Below are positions 7,583-17,830 of a DNA stretch of 64,000 nucleotides, in pieces. Position numbers and translations under genes: made by a program. Under the pieces are notes generated by a model. It was given only the letters and a program-made list of their open reading frames with translations, did no database searches and was not told where the DNA came from. This stretch comes from an uncultured virus (IMG/VR IMGVR_UViG_3300011906_000001) (lineage: Duplodnaviria > Heunggongvirae > Uroviricota > Caudoviricetes), in the IMG/VR virus record IMGVR_UViG_3300011906_000001, positions 1-64,000 of that record; one strand, 5' to 3'. Position 1 is the stretch's first letter. The number at the start of each line of letters is the position of its first letter.

Positions 7583-9118
7583 TTAAAATGCCCACATCTC
7601 TTCATCATCGTCGTCAAGAGAACCTGCCCCTGGTTGTTTAACTGCAATATCGTAATCTTTATCCACATCCCACGGAATGGTACCGATATCCTGGAAGGGG
7701 AGACACATGTATTGATCAGCTTGAGGGGTTACTGTATTACGATGCTTGCCTCGTGCTGACGTTAGGAATGTTTTCCCATTAACTTTGACCAGATGAATCA
7801 TCACTTCAAGATCAGGCTCTTGTCCTAGACGACGACAGCCATCATAGTAGCCTTTGTTAGCAATCGCCCGAACCAGATCATTGACATTGTCACGAGTCAT
7901 TTGAAGGGCATCTGCCGACAGCTGATGTGGAGTAATGCATGCGATTCCGCGCGGGGCTGTGTAGTTGCGCACCTTACGGAACAGAAGACGAATGTCATCA
8001 CCGGCTACTTTCGCTTCAAGCCCTGATTTGCTGAGCATGTTCAGATAGTCAATCATGAGCATCTGAATCTCATAGCCTTCAGCCATAAGGCCATCTAAAA
8101 AGGCAGTGAAGCCTGATGCCGTAAAGTCAGTGGGATCGAAGCGTTCCATCTTCACTTCAAAGCCTGTCTCTTTAAGCCTCATGGCCACATACTGAGAGGC
8201 TTCATCAGGATCAATCTCTGAATCTAGGACTGCTTCCCCTGTTTCATTCTCCTTAAGGTATTTATAAATCCAAAGCAGGTTATCGCCAATCTCGTTTTCA
8301 AAACTGATAAAGAGAATAAGGGGCTTGCGAGCTTTATCTCGTAGAAAGGGTTTGTTAAACAAACAGAAATGAACAAAGAGCGATAACATAAACCCTGATT
8401 TGAAGTTATGCTGCAATCCCCCAACCAGTGCAAATTCACCCCGTTTAATGGCCGCGACTTTACCCAACATGCGGTTAAACGCTTTCCAGCCTGATTTGAA
8501 TGCCCCTTCTGTGGACAGGACATTCTTAACATCTGTGAAGAGTTCAGCCACTCCTTCTAAATCAGACAGGTCCATACTGCCCATCATTGCTGGATGACGT
8601 TGACGAGCTTTGGCTGTGACCAGAGGATCGAGCTTACTCCCCATCTCGGTGACAAACCCTACAACGTCTGTCACCATGCCCCGTTTGAAAGCAAGTTTGT
8701 GATGATATTCTTTTAGAATATTGAGAATCTGTTCATCGTTCAAATACCCCTGCATGTTCTTTCGATACGAATGGATCTTTTTAATCAGATCCTGGATCGA
8801 GGCGACGGGTTCAAACAGCAGGTTGGCAACTGCTTCGTACAGATAGGTCTCTTCACGGGCAATGACCTGAAGTTGTTGCAAGACTTCAGATTCGGAAGGG
8901 AAGTCATCTTCAGGGGTGTTGTTTAAGGTATTAACAAACTTTCTAAGCTCTAAGAATGTCTGCCTTCCATGATCCACATCAATGGTACCATCCCCAATCG
9001 GTAACGAGTCAACAATGGCTTTAATCAACTCAGTTGAAGGACTGGTGGCAACCCCTGGTCGGTGCTCAAGACACAATAATGAAATGCAGCTCACTAAAAG
9101 CTGTTTAGGCGATGACAT
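7583..9118 (-). CDS. dnaB: DnaB-like replicative helicase (phiKZ gp118-like)
   Basis: Variant Walker A GGLQHNFKS, ISFEN, MIDYL, TPHQLS, RGKHR SF4 motifs; divergent from the capsid genes as in phiKZ. Confidence 0.9.
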   Translation of the reverse strand: MSSPKQLLVSCISLLCLEHRPGVATSPSTELIKAIVDSLPIGDGTIDVDHGRQTFLELRKFVNTLNNTPEDDFPSESEVLQQLQVIAREETYLYEAVANLLFEPVASIQDLIKKIHSYRKNMQGYLNDEQILNILKEYHHKLAFKRGMVTDVVGFVTEMGSKLDPLVTAKARQRHPAMMGSMDLSDLEGVAELFTDVKNVLSTEGAFKSGWKAFNRMLGKVAAIKRGEFALVGGLQHNFKSGFMLSLFVHFCLFNKPFLRDKARKPLILFISFENEIGDNLLWIYKYLKENETGEAVLDSEIDPDEASQYVAMRLKETGFEVKMERFDPTDFTASGFTAFLDGLMAEGYEIQMLMIDYLNMLSKSGLEAKVAGDDIRLLFRKVRNYTAPRGIACITPHQLSADALQMTRDNVNDLVRAIANKGYYDGCRRLGQEPDLEVMIHLVKVNGKTFLTSARGKHRNTVTPQADQYMCLPFQDIGTIPWDVDKDYDIAVKQPGAGSLDDDDEEMWAF

Positions 9119-9263
9119 TAAAGCAATCCTTTTTAACGATAAGGATGGATTAAAAATTGACGTGTATGATGAACCCGATCAGTATAATTTACAATGCCTT
9201 TAACCTAATCTGTATGAATTCCATTGTTTTCTACTAAGGTTTACGCCACAAGAGATATTTATC

Positions 9264-9800
9264 ATGCCAGCTTTATTGGTTATCCCAGAGGACACCTTTG
9301 TTGTGATGCGTGAAGCCTCTCTTAATCTAGCAGGGCTTTGTGACATCAACTATATGTCAAAACATTTATCAGCCAGTGATTTGGCGGATATCCATATAGC
9401 CCTTCACGAATTTCCATTTGTATTCTCAAGTGAGCTTGGCTTTGAAAAGGCTAAATCACCCCTGGATCAACTGGCTCAAATCATGAATGAGGAGTCGAAA
9501 GATTCCATTAAGCTTCAAGATTTGTATAATCGTGTGAATGGACGTATTGATAGTTACATGCTTAATAAGTCCTTAAATGCGGACAATAGTGTGTATCAAT
9601 ACTCTTTGCAGGTTATTAACGAGAATCTTTGGGTTGCTGTGCAGCAGAGGCTGCGCGATAAGCCGAGCGATCCTAGCAGACTCTTGCTCCGAGCCAACGC
9701 ATCTTTTTTTGATGATATGATGGCTCAAGCACTGCACTCGATTCCTTTTAATCGGGTGTGTTCTACCAATTTATTCACTTATTATTTAGGCTCACTATAG
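9264..9800 (+). CDS. virion head protein (phiKZ gp119-like by position)
   Basis: 178 aa ORF between the helicase and the major capsid gene. Confidence 0.6.
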   Translation: MPALLVIPEDTFVVMREASLNLAGLCDINYMSKHLSASDLADIHIALHEFPFVFSSELGFEKAKSPLDQLAQIMNEESKDSIKLQDLYNRVNGRIDSYMLNKSLNADNSVYQYSLQVINENLWVAVQQRLRDKPSDPSRLLLRANASFFDDMMAQALHSIPFNRVCSTNLFTYYLGSL

Positions 9801-9869
9801 TTTCGGCTATAGAAAGTTTAAGTAACCCTTGCAGCTGCTGCACGAAATCCCATCGATAGGATCACATCA

Positions 9870-12080
9870 ATGTCTACTCTTAAGTCTCTTTTTCAACAGC
9901 GTCAGAATCATGCCGGTCATGACTACAGCGTAACCGAATTCGTTCGACTGCATTCGGCTGATGCCGGCATGGCGTCGAGCCTGGCTAACTCTGCTACTTC
10001 CGTATCGGTCGAGAGCTTCGGTGAGCTGACCCAAGACGACCTGCAAGCGTGCGGCGACCTGTACAGCTCGATCGAAAGCGAACTGAACAACCTGGGCTTT
10101 GAACATTACCTGGCCGATCGTCAGGGTGATGCCGGTCGTATCAAAGGCAACATGATCACCGCCGCTACTATGGGCCTGGTCGGTGCTCAAGACGAAGCCC
10201 GTTACAAGAAGCAACTGCTTGCTCTGCGTAACCCGGCAGCTCGTCAAGGTGAAGTCATCGGTACCGTCAACCTGGCCGGTCCCCATGGCGCTGTTCCGAC
10301 TCTGGGCAACGAAATCAGCCTTGAGAACTACAACGAGAAATCCCAGCGTGATTTCCGTGTGATCACCGCAGGTTACAACCTGGAATCGGCTCGTCAGGAC
10401 GTGTTCGGTGAAACCCTGTACCCGACGACTGTTGTGAACGCCGCTGAAGGTGGTATCGTACAGGTTCTGCCGTACATCGCCATCATGAAAGACGTGTTCC
10501 ACAAGGTCACCGGTCAGCGCTTCGATACTCAAGAAGTGAACCTGGTCGACGCTTACCGCGATCCGTCGATCCTGGAAGACGTCTCCACCACCCTGTTCCC
10601 AGTTGTGGATGCCGACGGCGCCAACGCTGATGTCTTCGTTGACCCGGCCCTGGTTCCTCCGGTTTCGATCATGACTGAGCAAGGCGACGCCCTGCTGACC
10701 GCTCCGCTGAAGATCGGCAAGAAGTTCGACATCATCGGTGTTTCCAACCGTAACCAGCTGATCGCTGGCAACATCATGGACATCACCGACACCATCGATC
10801 CGGCTGCTCGTCTGAAGGCTGTCTACGTTCGCGTGGGTGCGGCTGCTGATGCCAAGGTGGTTCGCTTCCTGGTTGAACGCATGCCGACTGCCACCTTCCA
10901 GCCTAAGCTGATTGGTGATACCCGCAATGCAAGCCTGGACTTCGAAACTGAAGACCTGAGCCTGACTGGCGACACCGTTGCGATTGACCAGTCGCGTCTG
11001 GCCATCTCCGATGAACTGCGTGGTCGTAACTGGGCTATCCGCCTGAACGTCAAAGTCAACGGTACTGTTTCCCTGTCCAAGGGTGACACCTGGATCACTG
11101 CGGCTCCTGTGTCTGTTGATCGTCTGTACGACATCGCCTCTGGCGACCGTCTGGACCCAACCGCAGGCGATGCTGCTGCACTGATGGCAACCCTGGGCGA
11201 AATGGAAGTGATCGGTTACGAGCTCGATGCTCGCTTCACCAACACTAACCGTCGTCAGCGTGGTCACCTGATCCAGACTCGTGCACTGCAATTCCGCTTC
11301 CCGATCCCGATGCATGCGCCGGTTACCCTGCCGCTGTCCACCATGGACGAGCAAGGTCCTGGCGAAGTGGTCAAGGCTCTGACTGTTGTCACCAACATCC
11401 GCAACAGCGCTAACGCTGTCACTCGTCTGCTGAACTACGTCGCTCAGCTGAAGGAAGTTGTGGGTGCCGGTTACGATCGTCCGAAGTTCGGTGCAGTGGA
11501 AGGCGTTCTGTCGGCCATGATGCGTCCGGTTTATCGTTACGCTCGTCTGGATCTGCCGCTGGCAGTTGATACCATCCGTTCGGGTGACCGTTGGACTGAC
11601 GTAACCAGCGCGATCATGAACACCGTTCGTGCCCTGCTGTTCCCGGCCTACCGTGATTCCAACATCCAGGCTGTGTTCCAAACCATCACCGGTAACGTCG
11701 ATGAGCGTCCTAAGTTCATCTTCGCAACCGATATGGAAATTGCGAACTACCTGATGGTCACCGGTGACAACCGTACCCTGGGTGCTTACCTGAAGTACGA
11801 TATCGTTGCAACCAACAACGAGCGGTTCGATGGCAAGCTCATCATCGTACCGACCCGTGAAAACCCGGTTGAAAACGACATCCTGAACTTCGGTCAGTTC
11901 TACTACGTATCCACCCTGGTTGCGGATCTTCCGATCAGCCGCAATGGTCAGATCTCCCGTGAGATTGCTGCCGTGCCGTTCAACCTGCACGTCAACAACA
12001 TTCCGTTCGCGATCGAGATCGACATCATTGGTCTGCGTGAAGTGATGACCAAGTCGCTGTACAACAGCGTACTGGCATAA
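9870..12080 (+). CDS. major capsid protein precursor (phiKZ gp120-like)
   Basis: 736 aa; ISLE/NY maturation-type site; ARQDVFGETLYPT motif; strongest codon bias in the window; synteny. Confidence 0.92.
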   Translation: MSTLKSLFQQRQNHAGHDYSVTEFVRLHSADAGMASSLANSATSVSVESFGELTQDDLQACGDLYSSIESELNNLGFEHYLADRQGDAGRIKGNMITAATMGLVGAQDEARYKKQLLALRNPAARQGEVIGTVNLAGPHGAVPTLGNEISLENYNEKSQRDFRVITAGYNLESARQDVFGETLYPTTVVNAAEGGIVQVLPYIAIMKDVFHKVTGQRFDTQEVNLVDAYRDPSILEDVSTTLFPVVDADGANADVFVDPALVPPVSIMTEQGDALLTAPLKIGKKFDIIGVSNRNQLIAGNIMDITDTIDPAARLKAVYVRVGAAADAKVVRFLVERMPTATFQPKLIGDTRNASLDFETEDLSLTGDTVAIDQSRLAISDELRGRNWAIRLNVKVNGTVSLSKGDTWITAAPVSVDRLYDIASGDRLDPTAGDAAALMATLGEMEVIGYELDARFTNTNRRQRGHLIQTRALQFRFPIPMHAPVTLPLSTMDEQGPGEVVKALTVVTNIRNSANAVTRLLNYVAQLKEVVGAGYDRPKFGAVEGVLSAMMRPVYRYARLDLPLAVDTIRSGDRWTDVTSAIMNTVRALLFPAYRDSNIQAVFQTITGNVDERPKFIFATDMEIANYLMVTGDNRTLGAYLKYDIVATNNERFDGKLIIVPTRENPVENDILNFGQFYYVSTLVADLPISRNGQISREIAAVPFNLHVNNIPFAIEIDIIGLREVMTKSLYNSVLA

Positions 12081-12100
12081 TCGTTTAGCGAAAGCTAAGT

Positions 12101-12137
12101 GACTATAAAGCCCTCCCTTCGGGGAGGGCTTTATGCC
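12101..12137 (+). terminator. hairpin terminator after the capsid gene
   Basis: CTATAA-AGCCCTCCC-TTCG-GGGAGGGCT-TTATGCC. Confidence 0.8.
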
Positions 12138-12146
12138 GTTAATGAA

Positions 12147-12186
12147 TTTATTCAAACTGAAATAAAAACTATATTATCCAGATGAA
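12147..12186 (+). promoter_or_regulatory. putative early promoter for the nvRNAP-subunit operon
   Basis: A-rich upstream, CTATAT(12169)-N8-TGAA. Confidence 0.65.
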
Positions 12187-12234
12187 CCTATTCTAACAAA
12201 GTCAAAAGACTTTTAATTCATCAGGAGATAAACC

Positions 12235-12774
12235 ATGAATAACTATTTCTATCAATTGGGTCAAGTGTTTCTGTCTGAACAATGCAGTGATGATGCACTT
12301 AATGCCGTAGGGTGTGGTCCTGTTGAAGATAAGGTTCAAGAAGAACCACAATCTGAAGAATACGATGAAGGTGGTGAGGAAGAAGAACCTCGCGATACAG
12401 ACTGTGATGATGCTGAAGAACCTGAAGTGATTTACACCAAAGGCTTTCAGAAACCTACAACCAAACCCATGGGGTCGATGGGAGTGGTCAATGGAGTTCA
12501 TCCACCTGGGGAATTGGGTGGACGAAAAAGAACCTCGTTTGACTGGCTAGCAGGTTTAATGGCGGCTAAGCAACAGAGGATCGATTTCGAAAAATCCCAC
12601 TTGCGAGTCACCGCCAACTGCCGCCCCGGTGGCTCGCAAGAAAAAGAAGAAAACCTTAAGGGTCGGCAATCAAAGTTTTACCGTTCACCCCAGCCGAAAA
12701 AGAACGTTAACCTCCCCTTCATTCCAGAAGTAAACCTCACTGTCTTTTCGGTTGAGGTACACACAGGACCTTAA
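12235..12774 (+). CDS. hypothetical acidic/basic low-complexity protein
   Basis: 179 aa, AGGAG SD. Confidence 0.7.
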   Translation: MNNYFYQLGQVFLSEQCSDDALNAVGCGPVEDKVQEEPQSEEYDEGGEEEEPRDTDCDDAEEPEVIYTKGFQKPTTKPMGSMGVVNGVHPPGELGGRKRTSFDWLAGLMAAKQQRIDFEKSHLRVTANCRPGGSQEKEENLKGRQSKFYRSPQPKKNVNLPFIPEVNLTVFSVEVHTGP

Positions 12775-12776
12775 CC

Positions 12777-14006
12777 ATGAGTCGAGACCTTGAGCATGCG
12801 TTTGCGTCATTGATCGCAGAACCGGTTGCGGATACCAAGATAACAAGCCATGTCACAAAATCCAGCGTCCGTTATGAAGTGGTCAGTACCATTCGCAAAC
12901 AGGTCTTCTGGCGAAATGGGATTGGCTTAACGGCAACCGAAGCTCCCACCCCATCTGGAGTGGGGAGCGTTGAAGGATTCTTTGTTACGGTTGAATATGA
13001 ATTTCACGGTGGGATCAATATTGATCTAAGGGAATTCGTTGATGAACTGAATATGCCTGACAACAGTCCGGTTCGTAAAGAAATACTTCAAAAGCTTCAG
13101 AATCTAAATACCCATAGAAGTTTCATCGGAGCCCACACCCGGAACTTTAAATATACCGTTGGGATTACCCGTGAGCAGTTGGACCATGCAGGAGGCGTGG
13201 TTTATCTAAGGGATCTGGATCTGGTTGTTGGGTATGAAGAGTTCAGGGAACAAGCTTTACATCCGTACAGTCAACCTGCGCTTCGGGAGCAAATGAGAAA
13301 CCAGGTTGATTTTAATGAAGTCGGAAATCACCACAGGCTCATCTGGATAGATAATACTCACCAACATGATTCAATGTGGTATAATAACGGATTTGGCGTA
13401 TTCGAAATAAAACCTATGGCCTCTCCTCATTTAGAGGATGGATTTTACCTGCACACGCAAACAGGTAAAAATACAAAAGAAGAGGTTAAGTTTACAAGCG
13501 TTGATGAAGCCATCAAGACCTATCTGTTGTATGCCACTAAAGCCGATGCTCAGGTTCATGGAAAACCTGACAAGGCCTTTAATGCGACCATCACCCAGAT
13601 GGAGCATGATCTGTCTATTAAGAAAGCGGAACTTAATGAACAGAAGCTTACCATGGACCGAGAAAAGCAACGGCTTTTGATTGAACGTGAAAAACATGAG
13701 CAAGCGGTTAAAGATGCCGAAGCCATGCGAAAACGCGATCAAGAGGAAGTCGAGCAACTGATGCGTAAGCAAAAAGAAGATTGGGAACGGCAGCGGGATT
13801 TGCTTAAGATGGAACGTGAGCGCCAGGATTGGGAACGAAGCGCTTATTCAGAACGCATGAAGTTTGAATATGACATGCATGGGCGGGACAGGAAGGATCA
13901 ATCCGAAAACACCAAGCATATACTCGATATGGCTAAGCTTGCGTTAAGTTTGCTCAGCGTGGGCTTAAGTATTTATGCGATGGCACAGAAATCAAAGAAA
14001 GACTAA
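12777..14006 (+). CDS. coiled-coil protein with C-terminal membrane anchor (phiKZ gp122-like by position)
   Basis: E/K/R-rich coiled coil followed by LALSLLSVGLSIYAMA-QKSKKD. Confidence 0.7.
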   Translation: MSRDLEHAFASLIAEPVADTKITSHVTKSSVRYEVVSTIRKQVFWRNGIGLTATEAPTPSGVGSVEGFFVTVEYEFHGGINIDLREFVDELNMPDNSPVRKEILQKLQNLNTHRSFIGAHTRNFKYTVGITREQLDHAGGVVYLRDLDLVVGYEEFREQALHPYSQPALREQMRNQVDFNEVGNHHRLIWIDNTHQHDSMWYNNGFGVFEIKPMASPHLEDGFYLHTQTGKNTKEEVKFTSVDEAIKTYLLYATKADAQVHGKPDKAFNATITQMEHDLSIKKAELNEQKLTMDREKQRLLIEREKHEQAVKDAEAMRKRDQEEVEQLMRKQKEDWERQRDLLKMERERQDWERSAYSERMKFEYDMHGRDRKDQSENTKHILDMAKLALSLLSVGLSIYAMAQKSKKD

Positions 14007-14019
14007 AGGGCGTTAAACG

Positions 14020-15684
14020 ATGGATGATGAGCTTTTAAAACGCATTAAAAGAGAACTCCCCCCTTTTAATGAGTCCATAGCCAATGGGCTTGCCGTTGAG
14101 CACATGATGACCGTTAACCCAGAGACGGGGGTTAACAACACATTGGCGCATATTGACCGATTGATTAAAGCCAGCTCTGCTTTGTTTCCTAAGGAGCTGA
14201 GCTATGAAGGCAGTCGGGTCTGTACACCAACGCGTCATTTTGAAGAGATCACCCGCGAGTATGGTTCCAAGCGGATTGCTAACATCGCCAAGCATGACGT
14301 CTATCTCGCTGAGCTTCAGTTTAGCTATAACGAAGTCGATGAGATGGGTCGGAAGATTACAACGCCACTCTATCCACGCTTTGTGTTATTGCCCTATGTG
14401 CGTAAAGGTGGATTGATCCACCTTAATGGCGCGCTTTACAACATCTCGCCTGTGGTGCGTGATGTGGGGTATTCTGTGACGAAGGGCAGTGTCTTCATTC
14501 CCTTTAACAGAGCCAAGCTTACCTTCAATAAAACCGATCATCATTTCTGGCGAAATGGAGTTCGTGATATTGGGCTCGTGATTTGGAGTCAGATCCATAA
14601 CGAGATGAGCAACCGCACCAAATGGGATTTGGATAATCGCAAACGCATCGAAAGCAGCGTGGCGCATTATTTCTTCTGTCAATATGGCGTACTCAAAACA
14701 TTCAAGGATTGGGCCAAGGCTGATATCCAAATTGGTTATCGGAAGGATTTCACTGAAAAGCTGTTCCCTAAAAGCGAATATGTGATCTATGAATCCTGTA
14801 GCCTGAAAGGGATTCATCCAGCCGGTGATATTTGCTTGGTGCTTCCGATCGATCAGGAAACTGAGTTCGTTAAGAAGTTGGTGGCAGGGTTCTTCTATGT
14901 CATGGACACCTTTGCCAGTCGGTTTACCCGTGTTGAGTATATTGACGATCCAGCCTTGTGGCAGGTGATCCTAGGTCACATGGTCTGCGGTGACTTTGAG
15001 CATCAAGGTAAAGTCATGGAAAACATGGAAACACATTTCCATGGGTTTAACAATTCCCTCGATGACATGACCATCGAAGACCTTGCAGCGGTAGGTGTAA
15101 GTGTCTCTAACATCTGGGAATTGCTGTATGAAATCATGACCAGTCTGTCTCATCATTTCTATCAGACCGATATTGAAGAAACCTCGATGTATAACAAGCG
15201 CCTGACTGTGCTTCGTTATGTCCTCGATGAACTGAACCAAGCCATCAGTATGTTTGCCTATGGGTTCAGTTCAAGGCGCGATAAAGATTGGACGGTTGAG
15301 GAGTTAAACGAGGTGCTAAAGCGCACCTTTAAACTCAATACCGCCACTCGCAAATTAACAGGGGAACATGGAGAGCTTGAAACTGTTAACTTTGCAGGCG
15401 ACAATATGATGTTCCGATTGACCTCCATGATGGTGCCTCAAGACCGGGCTAAGACCAATAAGGCTCACAGTAAGAGTTTGATTGGCGATAGCAGCCGTTT
15501 GATTCATGCCTCCATTGCAGAGGTGGGGCAATATCGGAATCATCCGAAGAACAATCCAGATGGCAGAGCCAGGGCAAATCCTTGGATGAGGCTCAGCCAT
15601 GATGGAACCATTCTTAGACGGGACGATGTCAAAGAGCTGATTGATGCGACTCAAAAGCGCTTTATCAGAAGACCTGGTCGTTAA
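14020..15684 (+). CDS. rpoB: non-virion RNA polymerase beta subunit, N-terminal part (phiKZ gp123-like)
   Basis: LLPYVRKGGLIHLNG, YNKRL, IHASIAEVG...PKNNP-G resemble beta conserved regions; position three genes after the capsid gene. Confidence 0.85.
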   Translation: MDDELLKRIKRELPPFNESIANGLAVEHMMTVNPETGVNNTLAHIDRLIKASSALFPKELSYEGSRVCTPTRHFEEITREYGSKRIANIAKHDVYLAELQFSYNEVDEMGRKITTPLYPRFVLLPYVRKGGLIHLNGALYNISPVVRDVGYSVTKGSVFIPFNRAKLTFNKTDHHFWRNGVRDIGLVIWSQIHNEMSNRTKWDLDNRKRIESSVAHYFFCQYGVLKTFKDWAKADIQIGYRKDFTEKLFPKSEYVIYESCSLKGIHPAGDICLVLPIDQETEFVKKLVAGFFYVMDTFASRFTRVEYIDDPALWQVILGHMVCGDFEHQGKVMENMETHFHGFNNSLDDMTIEDLAAVGVSVSNIWELLYEIMTSLSHHFYQTDIEETSMYNKRLTVLRYVLDELNQAISMFAYGFSSRRDKDWTVEELNEVLKRTFKLNTATRKLTGEHGELETVNFAGDNMMFRLTSMMVPQDRAKTNKAHSKSLIGDSSRLIHASIAEVGQYRNHPKNNPDGRARANPWMRLSHDGTILRRDDVKELIDATQKRFIRRPGR

Positions 15685-15723
15685 TCTGCGAAACTGAAAC
15701 ACTTAAACCCAAGAGGTTGTATC

Positions 15724-17760
15724 ATGTACCATAATCAACAACTGCCTGTTAGCACGACTCAAGTAGATGGCAGTACCTTTAACCACTCGTTGCCTCAAGG
15801 TAATGACGTATGGCCTCCCATCCAACTGCCGCAAGGGATTGATGTTCAAATTGTCAATGCCGTGGTGTCCAACTTCAGGATGTTTGCGCAGAGTCGCCAT
15901 AACAAAAGCCCCTTGCATTGCTTTGTGTATAACCTGCTGTCGAGCAACCGTTTCAATAATCAACTGATTATTGAGTGGTGTCAGCGGGCGGTAGACTTCT
16001 GTGAATTTCTGATGGTGGTTCAACGCAACACCCCTCAGGATGCCATTACCAAAGCGGCTGGGAAGATCTACATGTCGCTTCTGGCAGTGACTGCCAGTCA
16101 GTATCCGCAGGTGGCTCAACAGCTTCCTCAGGACATGATTAATCAGCTCACCCAAGTTGGGGCTGAGTTTAACGATATCCAACGTGATATTCATGGCTTT
16201 AAGAGTACCCGTGCCATGCCGCAGGGTAATATGGGTTATGCTCAAGGCCAGGTTCAAGGCAATGGGATGCTTCCACCCATTAACCCAAACCAGCAGTATC
16301 ATAACCAGCCTATGCAAGGGGGCGTTCAGCAGATTCTGAATACCTATGCACCTACCGCATCGGCCCATGTTCAAAACCAACAACATCCAACGGGTCAAAC
16401 CCAAACAGGTAGGAGTTCTGGTATGCTGCTTGATGTCGCCTCCACGCCCATCCAATCTCAAAGCTGGGATGCAAGCGCTGCAACTCAATCTCACCCCCAA
16501 TCGACTGCTCAAGTCCATCAACCCATCAATGAGACCAATCTACCGGTTCCTCAGAATGTGGACGAATTGGTAATCGATCCACGTTATTATACGCCTAAAG
16601 GGTTTGTGATTGACACCAGTAGGCCTTTTGATTGGATTCATAATCCAGGTGGGATTGAAATCCGCCCTGCTCATCATGCAAGTTGGACTCGTACCGAAGG
16701 GGATGATCAACCTTATCGGACAGCGTATGATGCTGAGCAATTCATTCGGTTTATGGCCAAATGGCCTGATGGTAATGTTAAGGAGGTCTTTGTGGCAGTC
16801 AAGCCTGAGATGGAATATCTCTTGCATGAGATTCGTGATGAGCTTCGCATGAAGGCCATTCAGCCTAAAGGGGTTGTGGTGGCTAACATGACCGGTATCA
16901 TCGATGCCGATAAAGATGCCAAGCCAATTGCCGTCGTCCGAAATGAAAAGGACGAGCATCTGGACGATGAATTTGAAATGAGTCCGGTGGTGCTCGATAC
17001 CTGTCTGTACAGCGGCTCTGAACTCGACGATGAAAAAGAAGCCAAGCTTATTGTGCGTAAGATGCTGGATATTGCTGACACCGATCCAGTGCCTGCTCAT
17101 GAGTATCGCTCTTATCGGCTGCATCCTTTGGATGTTGATGAGTTGTGCCAAGAAGCGTTGATGAATCTTAAGGAATATAAGAGCTTTGAAGCCGCAGCGG
17201 TTAAGCTTCAAAGTCTTCTGGATGAGAACTATCTGCCGATTCGTTATTTCAGATTCCTGGATAAGCGTCTAACAGGGGCTGTTAATCAGTACCTCAAAGA
17301 CAGCATGGGTGTGAAGGCCATTGCGATTGAAAGCTTTGTGACCGACATTAAGGACTTGGGTCCTTATCTGGCGAATAAGAAAGGCACTTCGTATCAAAAG
17401 ATCCTCGATGGTTCAGTCGCCACCATCTTGAACAAAGCGTTGACCTTCGGCACCAATGACGAAGAAGACGATCAAGGTGAATCGGTGTCTGTCTTTGGCG
17501 TTCTGGATCAGTTCATTAACTTCCAGGTCGGTTGGACTGAACAGGACCTTGAGAACCTTGAGATTTCCGATGAGGCCATCCTGTTGTCAGGCTATACTCA
17601 TCCTAAGGTGCTCAATGTCGTCAAAGGCATGATCAGTCGGGCTAATGCCGATGGTTATCTGCAATCGTCCAAGCTTCGCATTATTTCAGCCGATGGGATT
17701 TACTACGAAATCATTCGGGGTAAACTCATTGAAAATGCGGTATTGCTGAAAAAGCTGTAA
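15724..17760 (+). CDS. conserved hypothetical protein with Q/N/P-rich linker
   Basis: 678 aa, GAGG SD, co-transcribed with the nvRNAP subunit. Confidence 0.75.
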   Translation: MYHNQQLPVSTTQVDGSTFNHSLPQGNDVWPPIQLPQGIDVQIVNAVVSNFRMFAQSRHNKSPLHCFVYNLLSSNRFNNQLIIEWCQRAVDFCEFLMVVQRNTPQDAITKAAGKIYMSLLAVTASQYPQVAQQLPQDMINQLTQVGAEFNDIQRDIHGFKSTRAMPQGNMGYAQGQVQGNGMLPPINPNQQYHNQPMQGGVQQILNTYAPTASAHVQNQQHPTGQTQTGRSSGMLLDVASTPIQSQSWDASAATQSHPQSTAQVHQPINETNLPVPQNVDELVIDPRYYTPKGFVIDTSRPFDWIHNPGGIEIRPAHHASWTRTEGDDQPYRTAYDAEQFIRFMAKWPDGNVKEVFVAVKPEMEYLLHEIRDELRMKAIQPKGVVVANMTGIIDADKDAKPIAVVRNEKDEHLDDEFEMSPVVLDTCLYSGSELDDEKEAKLIVRKMLDIADTDPVPAHEYRSYRLHPLDVDELCQEALMNLKEYKSFEAAAVKLQSLLDENYLPIRYFRFLDKRLTGAVNQYLKDSMGVKAIAIESFVTDIKDLGPYLANKKGTSYQKILDGSVATILNKALTFGTNDEEDDQGESVSVFGVLDQFINFQVGWTEQDLENLEISDEAILLSGYTHPKVLNVVKGMISRANADGYLQSSKLRIISADGIYYEIIRGKLIENAVLLKKL

Positions 17761-17762
17761 AC

Positions 17763-17800
17763 GCTATAATAGCCCTCCCTTAGTTGGGAGGGCTATATGC
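17763..17800 (+). terminator. hairpin terminator
   Basis: ATAGCCCTCCC-TTAGTT-GGGAGGGCTAT-ATGC. Confidence 0.75.
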
Positions 17801-17830
17801 TACACTTCATAAACTTCAAAGGCGATATAA

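Noticed and set aside
8390..8430. Non-canonical Walker A in the helicase (and in UvsX) as a sign of pseudogenes
   Set aside because: All other motifs are intact, and variant P-loops are characteristic of these phiKZ-like families
9867..12155. 762-aa antisense ORF spanning the capsid gene
   Set aside because: Codon-for-codon mirror of a gene that avoids TTA/CTA/TCA, which removes antisense stops; no recognisable motifs; begins across the terminator
7583..15684. Inteins or introns in the helicase or RNAP genes
   Set aside because: ORFs are continuous and of expected size; no intein termini or homing-endonuclease motifs seen
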